From positions 123,568,001 to 123,632,000 of the forward strand of contig CM059431.1 in assembly GCA_030390025.1 (NCBI GenBank): a stretch of 64,000 nucleotides of DNA, read 5' to 3'. The translations under genes and the position numbers were made by a program. Positions within the stretch are counted from its first letter, which is position 1; the number at the start of each line of letters is the position of its first letter. The notes beneath the pieces were generated by a model, which saw nothing but the letters and a program-made list of their open reading frames with translations, ran no database searches and had not been told where the DNA came from. Shown piece after piece: positions 13,316 through 25,746 of this stretch. The stretch comes from Squalus acanthias (lineage: Eukaryota).

Positions 13316-14388
13316 CTGGTGTCTAGAAACATCCACCAATGATAAAGCAGATCATGTTACCTCACTGTAAGCAACCTGCCACCCAGCTTGAGACTGTTAG
13401 ATATCAGTAAACATGGATCACAACAGCCTTCCAACTTTACATTCGCAAGCCTCTAACAGTTTCGAAGCATTATTATTACCAATTGTTTCATTTTAAGCTT
13501 CATCACATATGTGTAATACTGACAAGTTCAGTCGAGGTAAATATTTGTTATAACTTCTGAAAGTAGGAGATCATGAATATATAAAAGATGCTGCTTGGAA
13601 TAAAGATCGAAGAAGTGATTTTGAAGTTTACTACCATGTGACAACACATTTTGAGATGGCTACTATTGTGTGTGGCACCCCTCTCTCCTGGTGGTTTGAA
13701 GGGTAAATATCATGGGAGTGAATTTTGTCACAGTGATTTACACTGCTGTTGTGCCATTGGAAAAAGATTTGCTCCTGTGGGTGGTCACTAGAGGTATTTA
13801 TACAAGGTATCCTTGGTCAACTCATTTGGCATGAATCCCAGGTAAAATGGGTGTAATTTGCTGGAGTGCATCGAAATTAGATCACAGCCTTTAAAAAGAC
13901 AGTCCTGGCTGAACATTTCAGCAGCAAACCGAGAGACAGGTAAGGAAAGAGCAGTGCTTGGCTCTCAGATAACTTCACTACATGTCTCATCAATCTTTTT
14001 CTCATACCTTTCAAGAATATTTATAGCAGGAACTGTTGAAATAAGCAGCCAAACAAGGCAGTGAGTTATGAGACCGAAGCATAGAAGAAGAACCTAGAAT
14101 TTTATAGATTCAGACTTCCAAGTTCTCCTCGAGGAAATAGAGCTCAGGAGACATAGAGAAGGATGTGTACCAGTAAGAAGTTCAATGACCAGCCTAGGCA
14201 CCATCACTCTTTACATCATCCTAAAGCAACACTTGCACAACAAACCCTTCATAATGCACCTTGGTTAAAGGGTCTCAAACTCGGGATCTTGCACTATGGA
14301 ACCTCAGCAATTATTTACATGCACGACCCATAAATCTCTTTCTGCACTTTAACAGGTTGATACCCCTCTATTTCTTACTTCAACTCTA

Positions 14389-15070
14389 GGAACATAGGAA
14401 CAGGAGAAGGATATTCAGCCCCTCGAACCTGTTAGATTAGATCATGGCTGATCTGTACCTCAAGTCCATTTATCCGCCTTTGCTCAATATCCCTTAATGG
14501 CCCGGAATTTGCAGTCAACAGCAAAGCGAAGGCATTCGCTGCTGGCTCCGAAGTACACTTCGCACAAGGATCTTGCAATCCCTGTGTCAAGAACCAATAC
14601 AGGTAGTTGGGGGGGTGGCGGGGGTTAGTGGGGGCAACTGATGGACCAATGGTGGAAAGACTTTTGTGGGGCCAGGAGTAGCATTCATGGAGCCAAGGCA
14701 ACACGAATGGAGTTAGGATACAGATCAGCCAAGAACTCATTGAATGGCGGAACAGGCTCCAGGGGCTGAATGGCCTATTCATGTTCCTATGTTCATGGTC
14801 CCGCAAAGAGTTTCTGGCCACGTTTTCTAAGCAGCCTTTATGGACTGCTGGTTAGGCCGATCAATGCCTGGTACCAATGGGTGGAGCAACCATGCCTGAA
14901 AATTGCATAAGGGTCCTACAAACGGCATAGAACCTTAATTAACAAGACTGGTTGAAAATGACGACGGTTGGAGCAGCTGCAGGAACTTGACGGAAAGTAC
15001 CTAATTCTGACTTTCGGAGTGCTGCCGCCTATTCCTACCCAATGGAGGCCATGAAAATAATCTCCATCAG
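14389..15070. repeat. Two oppositely oriented CR1 3' tails (14389-14495 minus, ~14690-14795 plus) and a Harbinger-like MITE fragment from ~14499
   Basis: GAACATAGGAACAGG..CAGCCCCTCG is the reverse complement of AGGGGCTGAATGGCC..TGTTCCTATGTTC. TIR-like GGCCCGGAATTT at 14499. Confidence 0.55.
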
Positions 15071-16032
15071 TTTTATGCATTTCTGGTGCCTACTGGAGAA
15101 ATATTGTGCAGTCATTATGGATGCAACTGTTTCTTGAACAATTACCAACATCATAAGTGTAGATTTTTTGAGTCCTCACTCATTGTGAAGTACCTGGCCT
15201 GCCATGAGTGTTGATCAGAAAGTTGCAGGCATGCTGCCCACAACCTTCTGATCTGCGATCCCAAGTCAGGTACCTCATCATGGGCGAAGACATGGAAAAT
15301 CCGCTCTACCAACGGTAATGATATCATGCAAAATTGTGGCATGCTACAAAAACTAGAGCCAACTTTGACGATTAAAAAGAACACTGCAAGAAGAATACAC
15401 AGCATGAAACTACAATGTGAATTGATTTTTTTTATTACAAAATTGACAAGAATTGTTTCTTCTATCAATTTATATCAAGTTTAGAATACCAAATAAAATG
15501 ACTTGGAGGAACAAGTAAACACAGCTTGGTTGGAATCAAATGCTGTGCAGACAGAGAAAATCTTTTCATCACAGAATGTCTCACCAGGAAATGATGATGG
15601 ACTTGTAGCACGAAACCTGTTGTTCCTCGGAACAAAGACTCACAAAGTGTTTGAAACTAGTATTTTTCATCCTCTGAAATTTACAGTGAAAGGAGGGCTC
15701 AGTTTAAGTGCCATTATGAAAACATTTATCTTCGTGGTACTTTTCTATTTTTTTCAAATGGCAAAATCATCAGGATGACAGATGACTGCACAGGATGGGA
15801 TATTTTGTCACTTTTTGGCATCCAGTACTGACATCAAGCACTCCTGTGCCAAGTGCAGTATAGGCCAGCTGTAGAAAAGAATCTCATTTTACCCTTCCAA
15901 CCAATTAACTCCTACATGCCCTTGCTGCACTAGTTTGCACTTCCCATAGCACCCATTATTATGAACTCTGCCTAAAATCACCCAATTTAAATCACTTTTG
16001 GAAAGTTTCACTACTACCATTTTGAAGATAGC

Positions 16033-16140
16033 AGCAGAAAATGCTGGAAACACTCAGCAGGTCAGGCAGCATCGACCTGCTGAGTGTTTCCAGCATTTTC
16101 TGTTGTTAGTTCAGATTTCCAGCATCCACAGTATTTTGCT
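16033..16140. repeat. Short palindromic (hairpin) repeat. Related copies at ~12760-12872, ~16952-17065 and ~22703-22775.
   Basis: CAGAAAATGCTGGAAACACTCAGCAGGTC...GACCTGCTGAGTGTTTCCAGCATTTTCTG is a near-perfect inverted repeat. Confidence 0.8.
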
Positions 16141-16599
16141 ATTGTCTGACCATTTTGAAGATGCTTGCTGTACGTATCACTCCTAGATAATCTGTGATTC
16201 CCAATTGTTGTCTCCAAACCATCATAGCTAAATAGAAATGTAAGAGCAACGGAGTTACAAAGACTGATTCTACAGCACCTGAAGGCTACTACATACAGCA
16301 ACAAAAAGTATGGACAAATGCATTTATGCTACAGCGTCACAATCTATGTGAAGAGAAACCTTTGTGTACCAATACTACAGTTGTAGTGAAAATGTAGCCT
16401 TAAATATTAAAAAGGTAAAGGCTTAAATCCTATTGTAGGCAATCGGAATCTGAGGCTAGATAAAGGAAAGCCATTCACAATAAAAACTAGGGACTTTATG
16501 CAGATCAAAACCGTCAAATAATGGTGAAAGAACGGTGACAGCTGGTGGCGGGTCCCATGGTGTCCTCTATTTTGGATCTCCCCATAACGCTGTCGGTAA

Positions 16600-19500
16600 G
16601 TATTAGTGCCCTGCAAAAAAAAAAGGCGGATTGATGATGTCAGTCGCCGTGCAACGCCAACTTAACATCACTACGGCCAACTTTGACCCTAGCGCTGAGT
16701 TCGGCACTGGGTAATAACCACACGAGAGAAACCCAGCGTGCAAAGAGACTGACAGAGGTGCTGTCAGCACCTCTTAAAGGGATACAGACATCTTTCAGGT
16801 AAGTTTGCATTTAAGTTTTTGTTCTGTTTTTTTTTGATTTTATTGAAGTAGTGGCTTGCTGCAATAGAATTTGAAAGTTTTTTAAGTGTGTAGGGAGTGC
16901 TGCTGGATGCTTGCAAGGCCTCAGATGAAAAAGGAAGGCCTCTGAAGAAAAATAAAATGCTGCAAATACTCAACAGGTCAGGCAACATCTGTGGAAAGAG
17001 AAACAGAGTTCATGTCTCAGGTCGAGATGCTGCCCAACCAGCTGAGTATTTCCAGCATTTTATGCTATAATTTCAGATTTACAGCATCCACTCGCAGAAG
17101 GAAGAGTAAGACACATAAGGGGAGGAAGCCGAAGAGGAGGAAGCAGACGGAAAGATGCATCTCAGACAGTCCCTTTCTGGTCAGGATATCCGGGATGGAA
17201 TCATCCACCCGCGGTTCAAGTGACCACAAGCCCAATTCCCCTTTCAACATTAGTTGTAAAATTCACAATTATCGCGATTCGAAATAACGAGATAAAGCAG
17301 ATTCGTTTCATCAGTTTTATTTCAACGAAATGCTGTCATGATTAAACAGGACACAGAAGCCTGTAAAATGGCCGCCGCGCCTCGTGGCAGAAGCTGCCAG
17401 AATTTTCAGTGGGCAGACAAGATGGCGTTCGAATAAACATTTCAGTATAAGATTGGTTAATATGCAGCAAACACTGATAAAGACAGGATGCAACCTGTCT
17501 GCATTTGACACAATAGCAAAGATATAAGTGCTGGAATCATTTTCCATGCACAAGTAAGGACCATTGTAATGGGCAATCGAAGGCCCATCCAGATACATCA
17601 ATACGCAAATTCCCCACGGCTCTACAATGAGAGAGCCATTCTCGGGTACTTACACAAGTATTCGGAGGCCCCCAAAACCCCGCCAGGGAGGCTCCTAGCC
17701 GGTTCGACAATGGGAAAAACATTAACGGGTAGTTGGCCAGTTTAAGGTGCTACCGAAACCCATTACAAACAAGAATCACCCCATACTGGGAATTTTGAGC
17801 GCCAAGATTTTACGAAGGATGAACATTAAGATTTGGACAGGAGATAAGGGAACACAGCACTATAACTATAGTGAACAAATGTCCATCGGTCTCTTATCTC
17901 GCTGCTGGCTGCTGAACTCTCTTATTCCTCTGATCCTCCCGGGGCTGATTCGTTTGAACTTCGGAACGAGTCGCCTCGACGAAGACCAGTGACCGGGTGC
18001 ACCATCCCGAGGGTCGGTAAACGGTGTTCTGGACCCGAAGGCCCGAAGAGACGAGACGAGACGAGATGAGAAGAGAAGAAGAAGAATCCACGTGCCGCCG
18101 CGGTCAGTAAACCCCGACCGCGCCCGAAAATATATAGACTATTTTTGAACTCTACAGGTTACTGCATGAACTGGTCAAAGACTCTTCTTTGAATTTTACC
18201 GGCTAACTGGTGTCGGTCCAGAAAGACTTTTCTTTGAGTTCTACAGCCGGGCCCGAGCACTGTCGAGTTCTTCATGACAACGGGGAGCCCAGCCTGCTAG
18301 CTGGAGCAGAGAAGATAAACAAGTGGGGTACAGAGACCCCTTCCAACACATGACAGTCAGGTGTTGCAGCAAAACAAGCCGAGTGCCTCGTTTAAAATTC
18401 TCCGAAGTATCACGAGTGGTGAGCATGTTTCCTCGATCCTACAAATCTAGATTAGTGTAGGTATTGATAGGGGAGGGTGGTTTTATTAAGGATAAATATA
18501 ATGTGTTCCCCTTTTTACGATGTGCCGTGCGTTCCTCATTACCCTAGACCAAGTTTTATGAATGTATGTATACTTGTACTGTCATTAATTTGTGCCTATG
18601 ACGTGTACTTCATGATTTTGGACATTATGCAATAAAGATTTCCATTTCGTACTATTCAACCGGGTCTATTTGAGTTTTCTCTGCATTACTGCTCTCGCAC
18701 CTAAGTCCAGTGTTAGAACCGTAAGGGCGAGTGGGTCGAACCACTCACAGGTGCTTATTGCAACAAGGCTGGCCGGAGACCAGAGCAAGCAATAGTATTA
18801 GGCAACGAAGGCCTAACCCTGCACAAGCACCCCTGAACCGAACCCCTTACATAGTCCCGCACCTTTCCTTCCCTCTGTTGCTGACCATCATAGCGTCCTC
18901 TTGGCCACGATGCTGAAATAAAAGCCGCCACAAAGCAAACTTTCAAATCCAAATTTATACATCTATCCATCCAATATGACATCAAGAAATCAACTCATCA
19001 CGCTTATGCATTCTCTTAGTGACTGTCTTGTGTGTGCCTTTGGCTCTCCTACTGAATTCATGCAGTGCTCCCCCAGTGGCTGCAGCATGGCTGGTAGAAG
19101 GCTGCAGACTTTCAGTGGGGGACACTGCAAATAGCCTTGCTGGTTGACCTTGAGGAGCTGGTGGCTAGGAGTGTCAAATCAACCATCTTCTTGTTATTCT
19201 TCACTCTCCTCTCCCTCCTCTTGGTCACCCACTGGCTAGGCAGGCTGCATTTCTTGGGTGTGTGAAATGAGGAAGACACAAGGTTAGAGGAGGGTGGGAA
19301 AGCAAGAGGTGCATGCGAGAAGGAGGATAACATATGAGGATACCAGCATCTTGTATCCTTTCAGCCTCGCCGCTGGACAAGGGCTCAGCCATGCCCCTGC
19401 CAAGGATGGCCAACTCCATCTCCTCCAAGGGGCTGAGGTGAGGCTAGGAATGGGAGATGTGCCTCGTGATTGGTACAGATTGTTGGTAGGTGAGTGATTG

Positions 19501-20270
19501 GGGGAAGAAGTCGTGCATTGAGAAGTGTGTGAGGCTAGTGATGCAGTTGGTAGGAGACGGCTTTTGAAGATGCATTTACTGACCTTACTCAGCGATTTGA
19601 GGTCATGAAGCTTCATGGAGCACTGGAGCCTGGTGGTGGGGTGACACTGCTGGCAGTGACAGCCTTGGTGATGTGGTCCCACATCATTCTTTCTGGAGGG
19701 CCTCCTGGCCCCCTGTGGGTAGAGGACCTCTCTTGCAGTGTTGACTCCCTGCACAAAGCTGAAGTGCTGAGTGCGAGATCCTGGGTGCCCCTTCCCTGGC
19801 TTGCTGAGCCATTTGTGTTAGTGCTGAAGCACTTTTCCTATTTTTTGAGTTTCGGACGGGAATTCAGTTTTAAGGGCTGAAGAATCACATTTGGGACTTC
19901 TTCTTAACGGTAATTTTTTTATTGAAAGGCAGTATGGGCTGAAAGCTGCATTTTTTCACTGCATTGTAATTTTTATTAGTTTTGAATGCATTGCCCTTTT
20001 AATTCATAGCCCCTTTAATTGCCCACAATGCCTTGCGAACTCCCCGCAGGTTGCAAGAAGCTGCAACACTGACTGTGGACAGGAACTTCGGGTTGGAGGC
20101 CTCCATTAACGCCACCAGGAGAGCATTGTATGGTAAGTTAGTGCTGCGCTACACATCGCCAACCCCCATTGCGAATTTTTCAACGGTAGCGCTGCGGCCA
20201 TTTTCCGCGGCCGTTAACTTGAGTTGCCGGTGACGCTGGCAATTCTCTTGGCGTACACAAGTTTTTCCCC
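16600..20270 (-). mobile_element. Second, inverted copy of non-autonomous Harbinger B, interrupted by a solo LTR
   Basis: Reverse-complement similarity to 11400-13140, with the same Myb remnant (start 19812) and the same palindromic insert. Left boundary approximate. Confidence 0.8.
17255..18851 (+). mobile_element. Solo LTR, about 1.6 kb, of the provirus family (LTR-a)
   Basis: TGTAAAATT...CCCTTACA termini, TSD TAGT at 17251-17254 and 18852-18855, colinear with 44887-46587. Confidence 0.93.
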
Positions 20271-20394
20271 ATGGAACAATAAAATACTGAAAGTTCTTAA
20301 GCTAAGAAAGCACGTAATTTAGGCAACATGAAAAATGTTCCCCCCCACTAAAATCAGGACATTTTCAGAACTTATAAGTCCTACTTGATAGAAA

Positions 20395-20850
20395 GAAAAG
20401 AAAAAGGATGAACTTGCATTTGTATAGTGCTATTCCTGACTTCAGGACGTCCCAAAGCATTTTACAGTCAATTGTACTGTTGTACTGTAGAAACTTGCTG
20501 CCAACTTGCATACAGCATGATTCCACAAATGCCAATGAGACGATGACCAGATAATCTGCTTTTATGAAGTTGGTTGAGGGATAAATATTGTTCTTGACAC
20601 GACACCAGGGAGAACTTCCTTGCTCTTTCTCGAATAGTGGCATGGGATCTTTTATGTTCATCAGAGAGAGCAGACAGGGTCTTGATTTAACGTCTCATCT
20701 GAAAGACGATACCCCCGACAATGCAGCACTCCCACAGTACTGCACCAATGTTTCAACCTGGATCACGGGCGTAAGTCTTTGGAGTGGGACTTGAAGCTAT
20801 GACATTCTGACTCAGAGGCGAGAGTGCTACTGACTGAGCCAAGAATGACA
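20395..20850 (-). mobile_element. Deu-domain tRNA SINE
   Basis: tRNA-like head at ~20780-20850, Deu core and L2-like tail. Confidence 0.8.
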
Positions 20851-23800
20851 TCTAAGGCTAGATGTCATGTCGTCAATGATCGTGATTCAATTGTTGGTTT
20901 ACAACCAACGGGAGCATGATATGGAGATACAAAGTTAAACAGACTTTGAACTGGCAGTGCATGTGAAAGGAAAGGAAAAGGGAAAGGATAGTAAAGGATT
21001 AAGAAATTATATATAGGCGCAAGGTTGTCCGTGAACAATTTTAGAGCAGATTTTGCTGAGTCCTCACATGCAGCAAAGTACCTCACTCTGGGCAAAGACT
21101 TAGAAAGACTACCCTTTTCTATTAGCTCAATAAATGAGGTAAGGGTGGCCTATAGTTAGTGAGATTAATAATGACAAAGTTTTTCCAAAACATTATCACA
21201 GCAGATACAGAAGCGAATGCATGCAGTTTGTGAGTTTTTCAATTATAGTTGAGCAATTTTCTATAAAAAACTGTGCATTCAAAACTTAGATTAATGAACT
21301 TTTCAATATTTGTACTGGTCCAGTGATTTGTCTGATGCCAAGCAACATTAAATGATTTCATATGCATCCTGATTGGCTGCTATTTTCTATTCTCAAAAAT
21401 TGCATGTGTTAAGGACATGCTTTCCTGCAATTCTGCTGGCGAGTCATTAATTAGAATTAAAAATGGGAATTTCACAGACATTTTCAATAAAAGAGAAACA
21501 TCTAGCCTTAAAAAAACACTATATAGTAGAGTACAAAAATGCAGGAAAAATTCAAATTATTGGCTTAATTAGAGAGTTAATTACTTCAAATTAACTCAAT
21601 TGATATTAGTGTCATAGTACAGTCAATACAAAACTATTATCAAGAATGAGGAACAAGCAAAATATCTGCAATAAAAGGATTTTGTTTCTTCTGCTATCTT
21701 AAAATTGTACGGATGAATAGGTAGATAAAGTGAAGTGATGGCTAGGACACCTCTGTTTAGTTCAATGATAAACACAGTGATTTATTATCTTTGGTTTTGC
21801 AGAGACCTATATTTGCACTTAATAGACAATGTTAATGTGAGAGATACAAATGCTGGTACATTTGTATGGCTCAACAAAAGGCAACCAAAAAAAGCTTACT
21901 TTCCCTGCTATTGTGGCCATTAATATAATGTGTTAAAATCCTTTTGCATAAAGCAGAATAATCAACCAAGTTATACCTTGATACTAAGTACTTTTGGCAC
22001 CTTCAATACTGTGGTTGTCTTTTCCAGCTGAACCACCCCCATCAAAAAGATTGACAACAATGGATTTATTTGCTCTGATTGGTCTCGTTCCCTGAAGTCG
22101 TGTTCAATTATAATAGCTTAGTGTATTTAAGTTGGAAGGTTTTCAAAGGCTTGTGTGAGAAGAAGAAAGCAGGAGATTGCCAAGCAAAAGATAACTTAAT
22201 GAAACTTGAATCAACACACACTTCATTAAAACAGACTCAACTCGAAACATTCCTGCTAATCTACTACGACATGAAAGAGGAGAGATGAGAAATTGGTTGG
22301 TGCCATGCCTGTTTTACAGAGCACCATTTGGGGCGCCACCAAATAGGTAGGTTTGTTGAAAAAGTACTTAACTGAATGTGCAGGACTGCTCCTCCCAACA
22401 CCACTGCAGTGCCAAAAACCGTTGCCGGATCCCATTCGGCCCCTTCCCAATTGCCTTCCCGCCCTCCTGATAACGCCCCCTCCCTCCCGAGCCCAACATG
22501 CATCCACAGCTTGTCCACCTCATTTAAACGAGACCAGGGCTGAATATTGTGTGTGCCTTGGGCTTACCCGTTTCAGCGCAGGGCTCAGTCCCTGCGTCCT
22601 GTTCACATTGGCGCAAATCAGTTTCTAGGCCGAGGTATTTGTGGCGTTTAAGTTTATGATGAAGCATTCTCACCTGATGCGTTAACTCCTCTGTTCTATC
22701 CACAGATGCTGCCTGAGTATTTCCAGCATTTTCTGTTTTGGTTCAAGTTTTCCAGTATCTACAGTTTTTTCCTTTTTGCATAATTGGCAATTGGAAATCA
22801 AACTTGGGGAGGCAATTTTAACTTTGTCGGTATCGGAATTCACATCTTTGCAGTGCTACAGCTTTACTCATGTTAACCAGGGGCTGTGGCTATTTTTTGA
22901 TTGATTCTGTTTATGTGGGGTGCCAAATACTATCACATTTAAAGACCTAGACTTAGAGATAAACTCCGATCCAGTTCTTGCAGAGAATAGTGATTATTAT
23001 ATGACATTTTTGATTAATTTTTCCCTACAGAAAAGGGAAAGTGCACCGTGGCTGCAGGCAATAGAAAATGCTGGAAACTAGGAGATAAGGCTGCAAGACC
23101 TGCAGTTTGTCTAATGCCGTTTTGGAGGCCCCGGTCCAGGCCCTGGACAGGACGACCCAGTCTCCCTGTCCTCCTCACCGCCCCTCACTGGGGACAGAAC
23201 TCTCTCCAGAGAACACTTCCAAAGACAGTGGGAAGAGCTGGTTGAAGAGGTGAATGTGAGGACCTTAGCGCCCTGGATCTGTGCTGCAATGCCAAAACAA
23301 GTTTAATGACCTCACCAGGGTTGTCAACATAAGAATCCTAGCTCTCAGCTCAATTATCTCCTCATACCTACACCACCTACAGCCACACTACTCACACCAC
23401 TCCCCTCCCCGCTTCTCTGCACCCTCCTACAATCAGTGCTCCACACTTCACATCACCTCCTTCTCCTCCGACTCTCACTTTTTCCATTCTTACTTCTATC
23501 TTGCCCTGCACAGTCTGCATGACAAACAGCAGCTGCTATCAGCAGCCACTCCTGTCTCTCTGCTCTCCCTTTTTCACTAAAAGCTAATCCCTCGCTTTCA
23601 TTTCAGGTGCAGAAGATGTCAAGGCACTTGAGGAAGAGAAGGGCAACCTTCCTGATGATGCACCATCTTTCAATCTGGCCCTGCCAGCTCAGAGAATGGC
23701 ACCACGTGTATTTTAGAGTTTAGGTTAGAGGAGAGGTCTTCATCCAGTGAATCACCAGGCACAAGTGTGCAGTAGCTAGGGTAGAGGGAAATAGGATGAC

Positions 23801-24957
23801 ACAGGAACCAGTTCACCTGAGGGTTAAATCGCATTCTAGCCCTACTGCTGAGGACTCGGATGTTGATTTTGAGGGCCCAGACTGTCGAAGAACGCTGATG
23901 GCCATTCACCAGGAAATGCTAAGAAAACTAGCAAACACTGATTGAGAGCATGAAGGGGTCCAGCACCAACTTGTGTTAGGGCTTCACACAAAGCATAGAG
24001 ACCATGTTGTCAGCCATGGAGTGAGTGGTCAGCCTCATGAACAGTGCAGTGGGGCCCACCATGATGGAGCTTCTGGTGACAGCTCTGACAGCTTCCATGG
24101 CAGCTCGGACTGCTTCCGTCTCTTGACACCAATTGCCAGCCTGTGCCTGACGGTCTGGTTGGAATCGCAGTGGAACAGAGGAGTGAGGCAGGAGGAAGAC
24201 ATCATGGCTGCTGCCAGGAAATCGAGCACAGATCTGCACTATGTGCTGCCTGTGGTTGCAAACGTTGAGGAACTTGTATCCGTTTCTGTTAAGGAAGATG
24301 CCAGTCTGGTGATGGAGAGCACTCAACGAAATGTAAGTGCAGTCTATGACCTCCTGGGCACTAGGGAAGACTGCAATGCATGCAAGGAATAGTTCTTTCT
24401 CATCCTGCTTCACTTGGTCCATCAGAAAGGCGGTATACGTGTTCCTCCTGGAGAGAGACTCGGTCACCTTCCTGATACAGCGGTGCACAGCAAACTGGGA
24501 GATGTCGATGTTGTAGCCTGCTGCAGCCTGAAACTACCCCATGGCATAAATTTTAAGGGCCATGGTGACCTTAACAACCACAGGCAGTGCTGTCCATGTC
24601 CTGGTTTGGGGCTCCAGTGACAGAGCTCCATTACAGCCTCCTTGTTGAAGTGCAGGCACCTCACACAATGCTCCTCAGTCAGGTTGAGATAGGAAAAGTG
24701 TTTCCTGAAGACCTGCCGTGGGGATGGCCTCCTGCACAGTGCCCTCCTCCGTCATCTTCCTCCAGCTGTTTCTGCTCGCTCCTGTCTTTTTTGCTGCTCC
24801 CCCCTCCCCATTCAGCCCCAAAGGCAGACCTAACAGACCACCCATGAGTGAAGTCAAATATTTTCATGGCATACAAGCAGTCCAACAACATTTTTTTCCC
24901 AGAACTCACAAGTCAATAATGGAATGGAGAAAATAGACAAAAAGAAGGCCCAGAAGT

Positions 24958-25746
24958 TGAAAGAAAGACTTGCATTTATATAGCGCTTTTCATGACCACC
25001 GGACGTCTCAAAGCACTTTACAGCCAATGAAGTAGGGCAACACGGTGGCATAGTGGTTAGCACTGTTGCCTCACAGTGCCAGGGACCCGGGTTCAAATCC
25101 GGCCTCGGGTGACTGTCTGTGTGGAGTTTGCACATTCTCCCCGTGTCTGCATGGGTTGCCTCCGGGTGCTTCGGTTTCCTCCCACAGTCCAAAGATGTGC
25201 GGGTTAGGTTGATTTAGCTATGATAAATTGACCCTTAGTGTTAGGGGGGATTAAATACGTGGGGTTACGGGGATAGGGTGGGATATGTGTCGGTGCAGGC
25301 TCGATGGGCCGAAATGGCCTCTATCTGCACTGTGGGGATTCTGTGATTCTGTGAAGTACTTTTTGAAGTGTAGTCACTGTTGTAATGTAGGAAATGCGGC
25401 AGCCAATTTGCGCACAGCAAGCTCCCACAAACAGCAATGTGATACTGACCAGATAATCTGTTTTAGCGATGTTGAGGGATAAATATTGGCCAGGACACCG
25501 GGGATAACTCCCCTGTTCTTCTTCAAAATAGTGCCATGGGATCTTTTACGTCCACCTGAGAGAGCAGACAGGGCCTCGGTTTAACATCTCAGCCAAAAGA
25601 CGGCACCTCCAACAGTGCAGCACTCCCTCAGCGCTGCACTGGAGTGTCAGCCTAGCTTTATGTGCTTAAGTCCCTGGAGTGGGACTTGAACCCACAACCT
25701 TCTGATTCAGAGGCACGTGTGCTACCCACTGAGCCACAGCTGACAC
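24958..25746 (-). mobile_element. Deu-domain tRNA SINE (SacSINE1-like) with a nested V-SINE
   Basis: A box TGGCTCAGTGG and B box GTTCAAGTC on minus. Deu core GGTGGACGTAAAAGATCCCATGGCAC. Confidence 0.85.
25035..25351 (+). mobile_element. V-SINE (HE1-like shark SINE)
   Basis: A box TGGCATAGTGG, B box GTTCAAATCC, V core TGTGTGGAGTTTGCACATTCTCCCCGTG, CR1-like tail, TSD TGAAGTA. Confidence 0.85.

Noticed and set aside
21017..21138. Plus-strand exon candidate with a GTAAGG donor. Similar cases at 93-151, 13860-13939 and 35586-35753.
   Set aside because: Weak acceptors or donors, no recognisable protein and no consistent chain.
25035..25110. tRNA-like sequences here and at ~25670-25746 and ~672-745
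   Set aside because: These are SINE or LINE heads, not tRNA genes.
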